Notes: generated by a model from the sequence alone, not told the origin. Counted from the stretch's first letter, positions 34,947-45,749 are shown. The stretch: 64,000 bases of DNA from Candidatus Tritonobacter lacicola (GCA_030765135.1 JAVCDC010000020.1:10916-74915), one strand, 5' to 3'. Program-made: numbers and translations.

Positions 34947-36640
34947 TGAGGAACTTCTTCGAGGACAACGAGGACCTTATATTCTGCTTCGAAAGCGACG
35001 GCCTCGAGCGCCTTGCCGGGCTCCAGGAAAAGGGCTTCGGGGAGCGCGGGGCATTCGACTACGCCCCGGCAGACGCGGCCGACGCCATCGACAGCTACAG
35101 GCGGACTCTCTCCATCCTCGGCGAGCTGGCGGCCGAGTTCATCGAGCCGCGGAGCGCGCAGGTCGACCAGGACGGCAGCGTCCTCGCCGGCGGCGAGGTC
35201 CGCTACGCCACTGGAATAAGCGAGTCGCTCGACATGCTCTCGAAGGCGGACCTCATGGGCTTCACCCTCCCGCGCCGCTACGGCGGCCTGAACCTCCCGA
35301 CGATCGTCTACGCGATGGCCATCGAGATAGTCGCCCGGGCCGACGCGAGCCTGATGAACATATTCGGCCTCCAGTCGATAGCCGAGACCATAAACGATTA
35401 CGCATCAGACAAGATCAAGGAGAAGTACCTCCCACTCTTCGCCTCCGGGGAGGTCACCGGGGCCATGGCCCTGACCGAGCCCGACGCGGGAAGCGACCTC
35501 CAATCGGTAAGGCTGAAGGCCGTCCCGGGAGACGACGGGATGTGGAGGCTGAGCGGCGTGAAGCGGTTCATCACCAACGGCGGCGGTGACGTGCTCCTCG
35601 TCCTCGCACGGTCGGAGGAGGATGCGGGGGGTCTCGGCCTGAGCCTCTTCCTCTGCGAGCGGAAGGCCGGGGTCAAGGTCAGGCGGCTTGAGGAGAAGCT
35701 GGGCATCCACGGCTCTCCCACATGCGAGCTTGAGTTCAACGACGTCCCGGCCCTCCTCATCGGCGAGAGACGGAGGGGCCTCGTCACCTACGTCATGTCG
35801 ATGATGAACGGCGCCAGGCTGGCAATAGCCGCCCAGTCGATCGGCATAGCGCAGGCAGCCTACAACGAGGCGCGGACTTACGCATTCACTAGAGCACAGT
35901 TCGGGGAAAGAATAGAGAAGCTGCCCCCCGTCGCCGACATGCTCCTGGACATGCGGATGAAGATAGAGGGCGCCCGCGCACTGACATGCAAAACGGCCGA
36001 AGTGGTCGACACAGTCAGGGGCCTCTCCGCAGGGAGAGACACGCCCAGAAAAGAGATTCGCCGGCTCGAGAGGCTGGCAGGCATGCTCACACCCCTCAGC
36101 AAGTACTACGCCTCGGAGATGTGCATCGAGGTGACCTCAGACGCGGTGCAGGTACTCGGGGGGAGCGGCTACATGAGGGACTACCCGGTGGAGCGTCACC
36201 TGAGGGACGCGAGGATAACGAACATTTACGAGGGTACATCCCAGCTGCAGGTCCTCGCCGCCGTGAGGAGTGTCACCAGCGGCCTCGCCGGGAAGCTCTT
36301 CCTCGAACTGGAATCGGAGGAATACGACCGCCGCCTGGCGGGGAAGCTCTCGGAGGCGCGGGGGCTTCTTGAGGAAACCGCGGCCCACGTCAAGGAGAGC
36401 GAAGGGAGCGCCTACGTCGATCTGTACGCCCGGCACCTTGTCGACATGGCGACCGGAATAACGATAGGCTACCTTTTCCTGGAGCAGGCAAAACGCTCGG
36501 GGAGAAAGCTCCTCATGGCCCGGCGATTCATCACCAGGCTGCTCCCCGTAGTCCGCATGAAGGCCGAACAGGTGAAGAGCGGGGAGAGATCGGCGCTCAC
36601 GGACTTCGATGAGCTGGCGGGGCCGGTTTCGCAGAGCTAG
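34946..36640 (+). CDS. Acyl-CoA dehydrogenase (long, 564 aa) forming an etfBA-acd unit
   Basis: GTG start overlapping the etfA stop by 1 nt. ACAD motifs (GAMALTEPDAGSD, RFITNGG, YEGTSQLQ). Confidence 0.88.
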   Translation: MRNFFEDNEDLIFCFESDGLERLAGLQEKGFGERGAFDYAPADAADAIDSYRRTLSILGELAAEFIEPRSAQVDQDGSVLAGGEVRYATGISESLDMLSKADLMGFTLPRRYGGLNLPTIVYAMAIEIVARADASLMNIFGLQSIAETINDYASDKIKEKYLPLFASGEVTGAMALTEPDAGSDLQSVRLKAVPGDDGMWRLSGVKRFITNGGGDVLLVLARSEEDAGGLGLSLFLCERKAGVKVRRLEEKLGIHGSPTCELEFNDVPALLIGERRRGLVTYVMSMMNGARLAIAAQSIGIAQAAYNEARTYAFTRAQFGERIEKLPPVADMLLDMRMKIEGARALTCKTAEVVDTVRGLSAGRDTPRKEIRRLERLAGMLTPLSKYYASEMCIEVTSDAVQVLGGSGYMRDYPVERHLRDARITNIYEGTSQLQVLAAVRSVTSGLAGKLFLELESEEYDRRLAGKLSEARGLLEETAAHVKESEGSAYVDLYARHLVDMATGITIGYLFLEQAKRSGRKLLMARRFITRLLPVVRMKAEQVKSGERSALTDFDELAGPVSQS

Positions 36641-36916
36641 GAGCCTTTCCGAGTAATGGATCTCGACGCGTTTCGAGCGCCGGGCGGTCAGGTGCAAGGC
36701 GCGGCGACGAAGGCGATGCCATGTGCATCGTCAAGGAGACCGCAACGCCGCAGATGGCCGCCCGCCGCCGAAACCCTTTGGGCCGCCGCCGGTTGCGTCG
36801 CGGCTCTGCGTTGCTGCGGCCTCGAAGTACCGCTTTGGGTACGCCTTCGGCCTCGCGCCTTGATCCGCTCGCAAACGACAGGCGGCGCGTCAGAGCCCAT
36901 TACTCGGACAGGCTCC
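36640..36916. other. GC-rich 277-bp non-coding element flanked by 20/21-nt inverted repeats (possible MITE-like insertion or structured RNA)
   Basis: Left ggagcctttccgagtaatgg (36640-36659); right cccattactcggacaggctcc (36896-36916), 19/20 complementary. The interior has several GC-rich self-complementary stretches. It begins at the last base of the acd stop codon. Confidence 0.4.
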
Positions 36917-36951
36917 TGGTATCGCCTGCGGCGACAATTCAAATTGGAGAC

Positions 36952-37002
36952 TGCAAAATGCAGAGTGCAAAGATACTTCTACTTTGCACTCTGCATTTTG
37001 CA
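36952..37002. terminator. Perfect 21-bp stem hairpin with 9-nt loop between convergent genes
   Basis: tgcaaaatgcagagtgcaaag (36952-36972), loop atacttcta, ctttgcactctgcattttgca (36982-37002). Ends 12 nt before the stop of the minus-strand gene at 37014. Confidence 0.6.
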
Positions 37003-37013
37003 CTGAATCACTC

Positions 37014-37283
37014 CTAGCTATTCTGGAACGGCGGCTCCAGGGGCGGGTTTCCCGCTTTTTCCGGCTCGTCCGGCGATGTCGCGGGCTTCAGGGTCGAAGC
37101 AATGATCTCCAGCCGCTGAGACCGGATCTTCTCTATTCTCCTGACGCCCTTCTCCGATATGTCTATCGTGCAGGTCCCGTCACTGCTGACGGACTCCACG
37201 ACGCCGACCTTGGTCCGCTCTTTGGTCTTCCACTTCACAAGATCACCAACCTCGACCGTGCCCATGTTTTTATTATCTTCCAT
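37014..37283 (-). CDS. Small hypothetical protein (90 aa)
   Basis: Start chosen at the ATG at 37283, preceded by aaggagga; the ORF-track start at 37325 is less likely. No recognisable domain. Confidence 0.4.
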   Translation of the reverse strand: MEDNKNMGTVEVGDLVKWKTKERTKVGVVESVSSDGTCTIDISEKGVRRIEKIRSQRLEIIASTLKPATSPDEPEKAGNPPLEPPFQNS

Positions 37284-37524
37284 ATCTATCCTCCTTTTTA
37301 GAATACTGGATAACAAGGAATACAAGAAACATCAAAGAAAATCAAGAATTAACCACGAACAGGGTGAAAATATAGAAATAAGTAGCCACGAAGGCACAAA
37401 GAAAAAACGACTATTCAATACGGTCAGGTTGTTTATCTCTTGTCTTCAGTCTGTGGTCCTTGATTTTCATCCTGCATCCCGCATCTTGTTTCTTTTCTTC
37501 GCTTCACGCTTCACGAACGACGAC

Positions 37525-38436
37525 CTACGATTGCTGAACCGCGGGAACCGGTGGCAGTTCCTTTATATCCACCGCTTTCCTTGTTATGCCCGCAGACAGG
37601 TTATCCCGAACGAAGCGGAGGTTTCTCGATAGAGCTGCCCGCGCCCTCCCCTCGTCCTCGGCGCCGATCCAGTCGGGGATGAACTCCAGTGTAATACACC
37701 CCCCGAAACCGTCTGAGCCGAGCATTTTTAAGAAAGGGCCCATCGGCAGCACCCCCTCATCAAGCGAGACGTGCTCTCTCCCGTCGAAGTTCGAGAGATG
37801 AATGTGGACGATCCTGCGCCCCAGCATGCGGTAAACCTCGAAGAGGTCATACCCGCCGGTGGCCATGTGCGTCGTGTCCAGGACAACGTTTTCGAAGGCG
37901 AGAAAGTCCTCCCATCCGTTAACGGGAAAGACGGGGGCACTGACAAGGGAGAGAAGTCGATAAAACAGGCGGGACCGCTTGATATAGTAGAAGGCGTTTA
38001 GATTAAGCCTCGCCCCCAGGCGCCCCAGGGGCTTCATGGCGCAGGGCATGTTCTCCACCGCGATCGTGACACCCGTTCGCGCCTGAAGGGCCGGGACCCC
38101 GTCCCGCATCCAGCGGATATAGTCGTCCTCGGTAAGGCAGGGCATGTGCAGTACCAGAACATCCGCGCCGGTCTCCTCGGCTATGGATACCGCCATCTCT
38201 GCCTTCACAACCGAGCTCTTCGGCCATCCGGGCGGCGTCAGGAAGAAGAACGGGGCGTGAACCGCGCGGATCGGAATCCCCTCCCTTCCTGAGAGGTCAT
38301 TGAGATAACGTGTGTGAACGGTATCAACACTATCATCGATGATAAGCTCTATACCATCGTAGCCGACATCACGCGCGATGCCGAAGATGCGGTCAAGCCC
38401 GTAGTAGCGAAGCGATCCCGTGGAAAGAAGTATCAT
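37525..38436 (-). CDS. Sugar-phosphate isomerase/epimerase (xylose-isomerase-like TIM barrel) family protein
   Basis: MILLSTGSLRYYGLDRIFGIARDVGYDGIELI...HAPF...VLHMP... matches the AP_endonuc_2-type TIM barrel metal-ligand pattern. Confidence 0.7.
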   Translation of the reverse strand: MILLSTGSLRYYGLDRIFGIARDVGYDGIELIIDDSVDTVHTRYLNDLSGREGIPIRAVHAPFFFLTPPGWPKSSVVKAEMAVSIAEETGADVLVLHMPCLTEDDYIRWMRDGVPALQARTGVTIAVENMPCAMKPLGRLGARLNLNAFYYIKRSRLFYRLLSLVSAPVFPVNGWEDFLAFENVVLDTTHMATGGYDLFEVYRMLGRRIVHIHLSNFDGREHVSLDEGVLPMGPFLKMLGSDGFGGCITLEFIPDWIGAEDEGRARAALSRNLRFVRDNLSAGITRKAVDIKELPPVPAVQQS

Positions 38437-38548
38437 GGTATTTCCAATCAGCGTGTCTTATAGCTTCCAGCAAGCGCCCACCACGCCCGGTACGCGGGAA
38501 GAACAGCGGATACAACCCGGAACCCGGAATCCCCGGACAGGAGATGTA

Positions 38549-38670
38549 CTTATCCCGGCTTCGCCGGGGACTTTCGCCACTAAGACACCAAGGCACAAAG
38601 AATAATTATTATTAGCTTTTCTTCGTATCTTCGGGCCTTTGTGGCTAGTTTAAATAACAAATCCCTATAC
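38549..38670. repeat. Dispersed repeat of about 120 bp, copy 2 (copy 1 at 24891-25012)
   Basis: See copy 1; about 110 of 120 positions identical by eye. Lies between the TIM-barrel gene start and the PilZ-like gene stop. Confidence 0.7.
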
Positions 38671-38758
38671 CATCGAGTTAAAATAATCACGGCAGGAACT
38701 GATTAAAGACAGTTCCCTGCGCTGCGTCCGGGTTTTATAGCACAGGATCAGAAAAAAA

Positions 38759-39169
38759 TCAACGGGAAGAAGCAGCAGGGATAAGGGGCCAGGTGTAAGC
38801 CGTGCGGAAGGTCAAACGCCCGTTGAAACGGACGCCGATCCCGTACATCTTTCCCTCGGGAGCGGATTCACTTTCCACACTGACGACGGTCGCCCTGCCG
38901 GTGAGCTCCGCCGGCAGAGCGGCATTGTAAACATGCCGGGGCATGGAGATCGATATTTCAAGCTCTTCGCCGTAACTTACCTGCTCGTTGCTTCCGAAGC
39001 AAGCCCCGCCGGGGCTCGCATTGACGAGCACGGTGTTTTCTGAAATAACGGTTCCGTCGCGCTTTATATATATCCTGACCGGAAGCTGGATATACACCCT
39101 CTCATCGTTCCCTCTTTTTCCGTCTTCGGAACAACAAGCGGCCATAACATCTCCCGACACTTTAAACAT
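38759..39169 (-). CDS. PilZ-like domain protein (putative c-di-GMP binding)
   Basis: Loose RxxxR ... D/N-x-S-x-G-G pattern (KRGNDERVY ... VNASPGGACF). 136 aa. Confidence 0.4.
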   Translation of the reverse strand: MFKVSGDVMAACCSEDGKRGNDERVYIQLPVRIYIKRDGTVISENTVLVNASPGGACFGSNEQVSYGEELEISISMPRHVYNAALPAELTGRATVVSVESESAPEGKMYGIGVRFNGRLTFRTAYTWPLIPAASSR

Positions 39170-39671
39170 AACCTATCCCCGCTATACGATACGGCCTCTA
39201 TATGCCCCGATCAGTGCTTTCATGGAGAAAGCGCTGCAGCGAAGGGCAGAGAGTGCAACCGTCTTTATATATTTTCCTTCACCCGTTACAAAATATCGTG
39301 AAAGACTAACGAATCAACTTTGAATATACAACATATTTTTATAGTTTTTTTTCGCTGGAAAAGAATGCTTCCATCGGGATAAATTCCCCTTTACGCATAA
39401 TAACACACCCGAACGCCTTAGCCTCGCCCTCCAGAGCCATATCGGGAATGAAAAGTACTTCACTCCCTACAGGTGATAAGTAACCTGGAACCAGGCCCTT
39501 AATGCGCTGATTCCCCTGTATTCCAGCCAGTTAATAAAATTGTTCTCTTGTTATTTCTTGATAGCAAAGTGAAGTTTAAGGGAAAGAAACCCGACCTGAA
39601 TGAAACGAGGAATATTTAAATATTGTCAAATATTAATAGGGCCGGGATTGGTCCTTAACACTGCCCGGCGT

Positions 39672-40211
39672 TCACCCGTCCGGCCGGATTATTTGCACAA
39701 GACGGAGGAGCCTGCCCCTGAGGATACGGGCAAGCTCGTTTCTGTTGCCCTCCGTAACCCGGACAATCTCAACATCACCCCTTTCGCGGATGCCGTCCAG
39801 AAACTCGTTCCTCTTCGCCTGCAGCGTTCCCAGGACAGGGACGGATGAAGAGAGAGCCCTAAGGACCATCTCCTGGAACTTCACCGAATAGAGCTCCATG
39901 CTGCCGATCTCGTCCATGATTATCAATTCCGCCCCCTCGACGGCTGCCTCCAGGGCGCCGCACCCCACCCTTTCGAGGTCGGCTATGTTGACACCGTACT
40001 TCGATACCCTGCAGGGACCGGGAAAGTCAACGTGGGCGAGGACGCCCTCCTCCCCCGCCATGCTCCGTATTCTGAAGCCGACCCTCCGGCCCCCTTCCCG
40101 GATCTCCTCCGTATAGAAGCCCCCGGCGACGGCTTCCAGGCCCTCGATGGCCTTTTTTATTATCGTGGTCTTCCCCACGCCCGGCCTGCCGGTCAGAAGG
40201 ATGTTATTCAT
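39672..40211 (-). CDS. THEP1-type P-loop nucleoside-triphosphatase
   Basis: Walker A GRPGVGKTT; Walker B IIMDEIG. Size and order match the NTPase THEP1/MJ1559 family. 179 aa. Confidence 0.7.
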   Translation of the reverse strand: MNNILLTGRPGVGKTTIIKKAIEGLEAVAGGFYTEEIREGGRRVGFRIRSMAGEEGVLAHVDFPGPCRVSKYGVNIADLERVGCGALEAAVEGAELIIMDEIGSMELYSVKFQEMVLRALSSSVPVLGTLQAKRNEFLDGIRERGDVEIVRVTEGNRNELARILRGRLLRLVQIIRPDG

Positions 40212-40558
40212 GTGATTTCAAAATGAAGATTGCAAAGTGCAAAAATCATATTACCTTTTGCCAATTTTACCAATTTTATAATCTTTCGTGCCTTTGTATC
40301 TTCGTGGCTGCACTCTTTCTGAATTTTTTGTATCCTGTATCCTGCATCTTGTTTCTTGTTTCCGTTTCACGTCTCTCGTCTCCTTGGTTCATCATTTCCA
40401 TATTTTCATACTTCCTTATTTCCAGCATTGAGTATCTTGTCTCTTGTTTCTATTTTTTCGTTTCACGTTTCACGTTCTTTCCTGTTTCCCATATATCCCT
40501 TGTAATCCCTGACCTTCCCTGATATTCCCTGCTCTTCCCTGATATAATAAGACCTGTC
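40212..40558. promoter_or_regulatory. 347-bp AT-rich divergent control region upstream of uvrA built from tandem copies of the recurring intergenic modules
   Basis: tatcctgtatcctgcatcttgtttcttgtttccgtttcacgtctc (40331-40375) and cttgtttctattttttcgtttcacgtttcacg (40444-40475). ccctgat-type direct repeats at 40495-40550 and tgcaaagtgcaaaa at 40228-40241. Confidence 0.5.
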
Positions 40559-43408
40559 ATGAAGGACTCCATCAAGATACGGGGCGCGAGCCAGCACAAC
40601 CTCAAGAAAATCGACATAACAATACCCCGCGACAAGCTGGTGGTCATAACCGGCCTGAGCGGCTCCGGCAAATCCTCCCTCGCATTCGACACTCTCTACG
40701 CGGAGGGGCAGCGCAAGTACGTCGAGAGCCTCTCGGCCTACGCCCGGCAGTTCCTCGATCAGATGCAGAAGCCTGAAGTCGAATCGATAGAGGGGCTCTC
40801 GCCGGCCATCGCGATAGAGCAGAGGACCGCCGGCTCCAACCCGCGGTCAACCGTCGGGACGACGACGGAGATATACGATTACCTACGCCTGCTCTACGCG
40901 AGGATAGGCAAGCCCCACTGCCACAGGTGCGGCAGGCCCATAACCCGGCAGACGATCCAGGAGATCGTGGACAGCATCATGTCCCTGCCGCAGAAGACGA
41001 AGGTCGCGATACTCGCACCGATGGTGAGGGGGAAGAAGGGCGAGCACCGGAAGGTCATCGACAGGATAGCCAGGGAGGGGTTCGTCAGGGCGCGCGTCGA
41101 CGGCGGGATCGTCGACCTGTCGGAGCCCGTAAAACTGGACAAGAACAAGAGGCACTCCATCGAGGCTGTCGTCGACCGCCTGATCGTCCATCCCGATTCG
41201 AAAGAGCGGATGACGGAATCCGTCGAGGCGGCGCTGGCCACGGGCGAGGGGCTCATGATACTTTCCGCCGGGGACGACGACATAATTTACAGCGAGATGA
41301 ACGCGTGCCCCGAGTGCAGCATCAGCTACGAGGAGTTCACACCCCGGTCATTTTCGTTCAACAGCCCGTACGGCGCCTGCGAACGGTGCCACGGGCTGGG
41401 GACGATGTTCACGATGGACGAATCCCTCATCCTACCGGACAGGTCCAGGTCCATCCGCAAAGGGGCCATCAGGCCGTGGCGCTACGGAGGCAGGTCCCTC
41501 GTCCGGTACTACAACAGGCTCCTCCGGAGCCTGGCGAAGCACTACGGCTTCGACCTCGACACGCCGTTCAAAGAGATCGGGAAGAAAGTCCGTGACATCA
41601 TCCTCCACGGCTCCGGGGACGAGCCCATCCGGATGTATTTCTGGAGAGGTGGAAGCATCCACTACTATTACAAGCCCTTCGAGGGCGTCATCCCGAACCT
41701 CGAGAGGAGGATGAGGGAGACACGGAGCGACAGGGTTAAGAAAAGGCTCTTCCAGTTCATGAACTATCAGAAGTGCACGAAGTGCGGCGGCGCCAGGCTC
41801 AAACCCCAGTCACTCTCCGTCACCCTGAACGGAATGAACATCTCCGGGATAACGGCCATGTCCATAGAGAAGGCGGCCGAGGCTTTTGCAGATCTGAAGC
41901 TAGGCAAAAAGGACGCAGCGATCGCCAAGGAGGCGATGAAGGAGATCCGACTTCGCCTGGATTTTCTCAAGGCGGTCGGCCTGGGGTACCTCACGCTGGA
42001 CAGGGCCAGCGGAACGCTCTCCGGCGGCGAGGCCCAGAGGATCCGCCTTGCCACACAGATAGGCTCCGGGCTCGTGGGCGTCGTCTACATCCTCGACGAG
42101 CCTTCCATCGGCCTCCACCAGAGGGACAACGCCAGGCTACTGGAGACCCTGATGTCGCTGCGCGACCTCGGCAACACCGTTATCGTGGTGGAGCACGACG
42201 AGTCGACGATACGGAGCGCCGACTACATCATCGACCTCGGGCCGGGCGCGGGCGAGGCGGGCGGGCACGTGGTCGTACAGGGCCCCCTCCGCTCCCTTTT
42301 AGCCTGTGAGCGGTCCCTCACCGGCAAGTACCTGAGGGGTGAACTTGTCATACAGGTGCCGGAGAAACGCCGTCCGGTCAAGGCCGCCAAATTCATCATC
42401 ATCAAGGGAGCAAGGGAGAACAACCTCAAGAACATAGACGTCAGGATCCCCCTGGGCCTCTTCTGCTGCATAACGGGCGTCTCCGGGTCGGGAAAGAGCA
42501 CTCTCCTGGACGAGATACTCAGGAAGGCCCTTTTTAAAAAGTTCTACGGCGGTAAGGAGAGACCCGGCGCGCACGACAGGATACTGGGTACCGGGAACAT
42601 AGACAAGGTGATAGTCATCGACCAGTCCCCGATAGGGCGGACCCCCCGCTCAAACCCGGCGACCTACACGGGTATCTTCGACCACATCCGGAAGCTCTAC
42701 ACGAAGCTCCCGGAGGCGCGAACGCGCGGATACAAGCCCGGGCGCTTCTCGTTCAACGTAAAGGGCGGCAGGTGCGAGGCGTGCCGCGGGGACGGGATCA
42801 TCAAGATAGAGATGCACTTCCTACCGGACGTCTACGTCGAGTGCGAGGCGTGCAAGGGGAAACGCTACAACCGCGAGACACTGGAGATCAGGTTCAGGGG
42901 AAAGAGCATAGCCGACGTCCTGGACATGTCGGTCAACGAGGCCCTTGAGGTTTTCAGGAACATTCCCTCCCTCAGGTCGAAGCTCCGGACCATCGCAGAC
43001 GTCGGCCTCGGTTACATAAAGCTGGGCCAGCCGGCGACGACGCTATCCGGCGGAGAGGCGCAGAGGGTGAAGCTCTCGGCGGAGCTCGGGAAGAGGAGCA
43101 CGGGCAGGACGCTCTATATCCTCGACGAGCCGACGACGGGCCTGCACTTCGCGGACATCGACAACCTCCTCAGAGTCCTTCAGAAGCTCACCGACGCGGG
43201 AAACAGCGTCCTGGTGATCGAGCACAACCTGGAAGTGATAAAGACGGCGGACTACATAATTGACCTGGGGCCGGAGGGAGGCGACGGGGGCGGCCGCATC
43301 GTGGCGGAGGGCACGCCCGACGAGGTGATGCGGTCCCGAAAATCCCACACAGGTCGATTCCTCAGGAACAAGAATTCAGCTCACTTCCCGCCTGCAGGGG
43401 GGAAGTGA
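40559..43408 (+). CDS. uvrA: Excinuclease ABC subunit A
   Basis: Two ABC ATPase modules ([14 protein letters not shown] and [14 protein letters not shown]), signature LSGGE (LSGGEAQR) twice, zinc-finger Cys clusters. 949 aa. Confidence 0.97.
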   Translation: MKDSIKIRGASQHNLKKIDITIPRDKLVVITGLSGSGKSSLAFDTLYAEGQRKYVESLSAYARQFLDQMQKPEVESIEGLSPAIAIEQRTAGSNPRSTVGTTTEIYDYLRLLYARIGKPHCHRCGRPITRQTIQEIVDSIMSLPQKTKVAILAPMVRGKKGEHRKVIDRIAREGFVRARVDGGIVDLSEPVKLDKNKRHSIEAVVDRLIVHPDSKERMTESVEAALATGEGLMILSAGDDDIIYSEMNACPECSISYEEFTPRSFSFNSPYGACERCHGLGTMFTMDESLILPDRSRSIRKGAIRPWRYGGRSLVRYYNRLLRSLAKHYGFDLDTPFKEIGKKVRDIILHGSGDEPIRMYFWRGGSIHYYYKPFEGVIPNLERRMRETRSDRVKKRLFQFMNYQKCTKCGGARLKPQSLSVTLNGMNISGITAMSIEKAAEAFADLKLGKKDAAIAKEAMKEIRLRLDFLKAVGLGYLTLDRASGTLSGGEAQRIRLATQIGSGLVGVVYILDEPSIGLHQRDNARLLETLMSLRDLGNTVIVVEHDESTIRSADYIIDLGPGAGEAGGHVVVQGPLRSLLACERSLTGKYLRGELVIQVPEKRRPVKAAKFIIIKGARENNLKNIDVRIPLGLFCCITGVSGSGKSTLLDEILRKALFKKFYGGKERPGAHDRILGTGNIDKVIVIDQSPIGRTPRSNPATYTGIFDHIRKLYTKLPEARTRGYKPGRFSFNVKGGRCEACRGDGIIKIEMHFLPDVYVECEACKGKRYNRETLEIRFRGKSIADVLDMSVNEALEVFRNIPSLRSKLRTIADVGLGYIKLGQPATTLSGGEAQRVKLSAELGKRSTGRTLYILDEPTTGLHFADIDNLLRVLQKLTDAGNSVLVIEHNLEVIKTADYIIDLGPEGGDGGGRIVAEGTPDEVMRSRKSHTGRFLRNKNSAHFPPAGGK

Positions 43409-43421
43409 GCTGAATTCTTTT
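43372..43421 (+). terminator. Rho-independent terminator overlapping the uvrA stop codon
   Basis: gaattcagctcacttccc - gcctgcagg - gggaagtgagctgaattc, followed by tttt (43418-43421). Confidence 0.7.
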
Positions 43422-43629
43422 AGAAGGGGATAGAGATCTTTTTATCGGCTTCCGGATGGACAATGACTTCACGGCCCATGATCTGCGTCTGCCTCTCCTT
43501 GCCCAGATCGTCGCTTATCTCGAAAGCCTTGTCGACCTCCCTCTGGGCCGGTGCACAGCCGGAAACCACCATGGCGCACGCGGCAAGGGCCGCGATAGAA
43601 ACCAGTATCAAGGCAAAGCGGAAACTCAT
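43420..43629 (-). CDS. Small putative lipoprotein (about 70 aa)
   Basis: MSFRFALILVSIAALAACAMVVSGCAP gives a signal peptide with lipobox-like VSGC. Convergent with uvrA. Confidence 0.4.
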   Translation of the reverse strand: MSFRFALILVSIAALAACAMVVSGCAPAQREVDKAFEISDDLGKERQTQIMGREVIVHPEADKKISIPF

Positions 43630-43774
43630 ATTATCCCCCACCGTATAAATTAGCTTACTCTGTTCGCAAAGTTATTAATGCTCCGACCGCGCCGGAGCTC
43701 AACCCCCAAGTGCGGAAGCTATTATATAACGCCGCTCCGGCGATTCCCAAATTAAATTTCGTGCGGAGAAGCGT

Positions 43775-44311
43775 TTGACGGGGTACCGATTCGAGGATAC
43801 AATGAGGTCTTTTGGGGAGCACGGGACGGGAATGAGACGAAACTTCGGCTGGTTCATCAAGGACAGCATAGCGGTCATGGGAAGACCCGGCAGCCTGAAC
43901 GACCTGGAGGACGACCTCCTATTCCTGCGGCGCGAGGGGATAAGGAAAATTATATCCCTTACCATGGCCCCCCTCGACGAGCACGAGGTAACAAGGTTCT
44001 CATTCGAAGCTGTCCACATTCCCATACCCGACGGAGACATTCCCACCGGCGGGCAGCTGGAACAGTTTGTCTCCGCCGTTGGAAGGTGGCTGGCGAAGGG
44101 TGAGAAGGTCGTTATCCACTGCGGCGCGGGCTACGGGCGGAGCGGAACGATGCTCGCCTGCTACCTCGTTAAAACCGGTCTGACCTCGGACGAGGCTATC
44201 GAGCGCGTCCGGCGGTTCAGGCCGGCCTCCATCGAGACAATGCAGCAGGAGAAATGCGTTGTCGACTACGAGCTCCACCTCCTGGAAAAGCGCCTGACGG
44301 ACACAAATTAA
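43775..44311 (+). CDS. Dual-specificity / tyrosine protein phosphatase (CX5R active site)
   Basis: VVIHCGAGYGRSGTMLACYL P-loop (HCxxGxxRS); upstream general-acid Asp region PIPDGD. Confidence 0.75.
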   Translation: MTGYRFEDTMRSFGEHGTGMRRNFGWFIKDSIAVMGRPGSLNDLEDDLLFLRREGIRKIISLTMAPLDEHEVTRFSFEAVHIPIPDGDIPTGGQLEQFVSAVGRWLAKGEKVVIHCGAGYGRSGTMLACYLVKTGLTSDEAIERVRRFRPASIETMQQEKCVVDYELHLLEKRLTDTN

Positions 44312-44447
44312 CACGAATTTAAAAACCACAAACAGCGAAATCGCTGAAGACGCGAAGGCGAAAGGCGAAGTGAGCTAATTTATTGGTGGAAATTCGTGAA
44401 AATTCGTGGATAAATATTCCCTTACCTTACCTCGATAAAATACAGGA

Positions 44448-45749
44448 GTGCTTCATATGGAAATGGAAAAGATAGTATCGCTGTGCAAGAGGCGCGGCTT
44501 TATATTCCCGTCCTCGGAGATTTACGGCGGAATAAACGGGTGCTGGGACTACGGGCCGCTCGGCGTGGCGCTGAAGAACAACATCAAGAGGTTCTGGTGG
44601 CGCTCCATGGTCCAGCTCCGTGACGACATCGAGGGAATCGACGCCTCTATCATAATGCACCCCAGGGTATGGGAGGCCTCGGGACACGTCCAGCAATTCG
44701 CCGACCCCATGGTTGACTGCAAGGACTGCAAGCTGCGTTTCAGGGCGGACGATCTGGAGGGTGAGAGTTGCCCGAGCTGCGGCGGCGAGCTGACCGAGGC
44801 GCGGATGTTCAACCTCATGTTCAGGACCCACGTCGGCTCCGTCGAGGACGAGGCGGCAGTCGCCTATCTCCGCCCCGAGACGGCCCAGGGCATCTACGTC
44901 AACTTCCAGAACGTCATCAAGCCCTCCCGTCAGAAGGTGCCTTTCGGCATCGCCCAGATCGGCAAGGCCTTCCGGAACGAGATAACGCCGAGAAACTTCA
45001 TCTTCCGCACCAGGGAGTTCGAGCAGATGGAGATGCAGTACTTCGTGAAGCCGGGAACGGACGGCGAGTGGTTCGAGTACTGGAAGGAGGAGCGCCTCAG
45101 GTGGTACGACGTGCTTGGCATCAAGAAAGGCAAGCTCAAGCTCCACGAGCACAGGGACAAGGAGCTCGCGCACTACGCCAAGGAGGCTTTCGACATCCAG
45201 TACGAGTTCCCCTTCGGAGTGAAGGAGCTCGAGGGGATCCACAACAGGACGGACTATGACCTCTCCCGCCACCGGGAGTTCTCGGGGAAGGACCTCTCCT
45301 ACTACGACCAGGAGACGAATGAAAGATACATTCCATATATCATCGAGACATCCGCGGGCGTAGACCGGACGCTCCTATGCTGTCTCGTGGACGCGTACCG
45401 CGAGGAGGAGGTAAAGGGAGAGAAGCGGGTCGTCATGGGCCTATCCCCGGCGATTGCCCCCAAGCTGGCCGGCATCTTCCCCCTGGTCAAGCGCGACGGC
45501 ATGCCCGAGATAGCAAAAAGGATCGACGAGTTGCTCAAGCCCCATTTCGACGTATTCTACGATGCGGGGGGCTCGGTCGGCAGGAGGTACAGGCGGCAGG
45601 ATGAAGCTGGAACGCCGTTCGGCATCACCGTCGATTCCCAGACGCTGAAGGACGAGACCGTCACGGTGCGCGACCGGGACACGATGGAGCAGGTGCGCGT
45701 CGGGATAGACGACCTGGTGGAATGGCTTAGGGAAAAAATTTCCTCCTAA
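44448..45749 (+). CDS. glyQS: Glycine--tRNA ligase, dimeric alpha2 type
   Basis: Class II aaRS motifs; N-terminus MEKIVSLCKRRGFIFPSSEIYGG..GCWDYGP is typical of GlyQS; Zn/Cys cluster CKDCK...CPSCG. 433 aa. Confidence 0.92.
   Translation: MLHMEMEKIVSLCKRRGFIFPSSEIYGGINGCWDYGPLGVALKNNIKRFWWRSMVQLRDDIEGIDASIIMHPRVWEASGHVQQFADPMVDCKDCKLRFRADDLEGESCPSCGGELTEARMFNLMFRTHVGSVEDEAAVAYLRPETAQGIYVNFQNVIKPSRQKVPFGIAQIGKAFRNEITPRNFIFRTREFEQMEMQYFVKPGTDGEWFEYWKEERLRWYDVLGIKKGKLKLHEHRDKELAHYAKEAFDIQYEFPFGVKELEGIHNRTDYDLSRHREFSGKDLSYYDQETNERYIPYIIETSAGVDRTLLCCLVDAYREEEVKGEKRVVMGLSPAIAPKLAGIFPLVKRDGMPEIAKRIDELLKPHFDVFYDAGGSVGRRYRRQDEAGTPFGITVDSQTLKDETVTVRDRDTMEQVRVGIDDLVEWLREKISS

Noticed and set aside
36656-37006. 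ORFs 36656-37006(+) and 36688-36942(-) inside the inverted-repeat-flanked element
   Set aside because: Ala/Arg/Pro-rich composition with no start context. The region is better explained as a non-coding structured or mobile element.
40212-40260. Sigma-54 promoter (TGGCAC-N5-TTGCA) search near tgcaaagtgcaaaa and other tgca-rich modules, prompted by rpoN in the window
   Set aside because: The GG element at the correct spacing is missing. No sigma-54 enhancer-binding protein (GAFTGA AAA+ domain) is encoded in the window.
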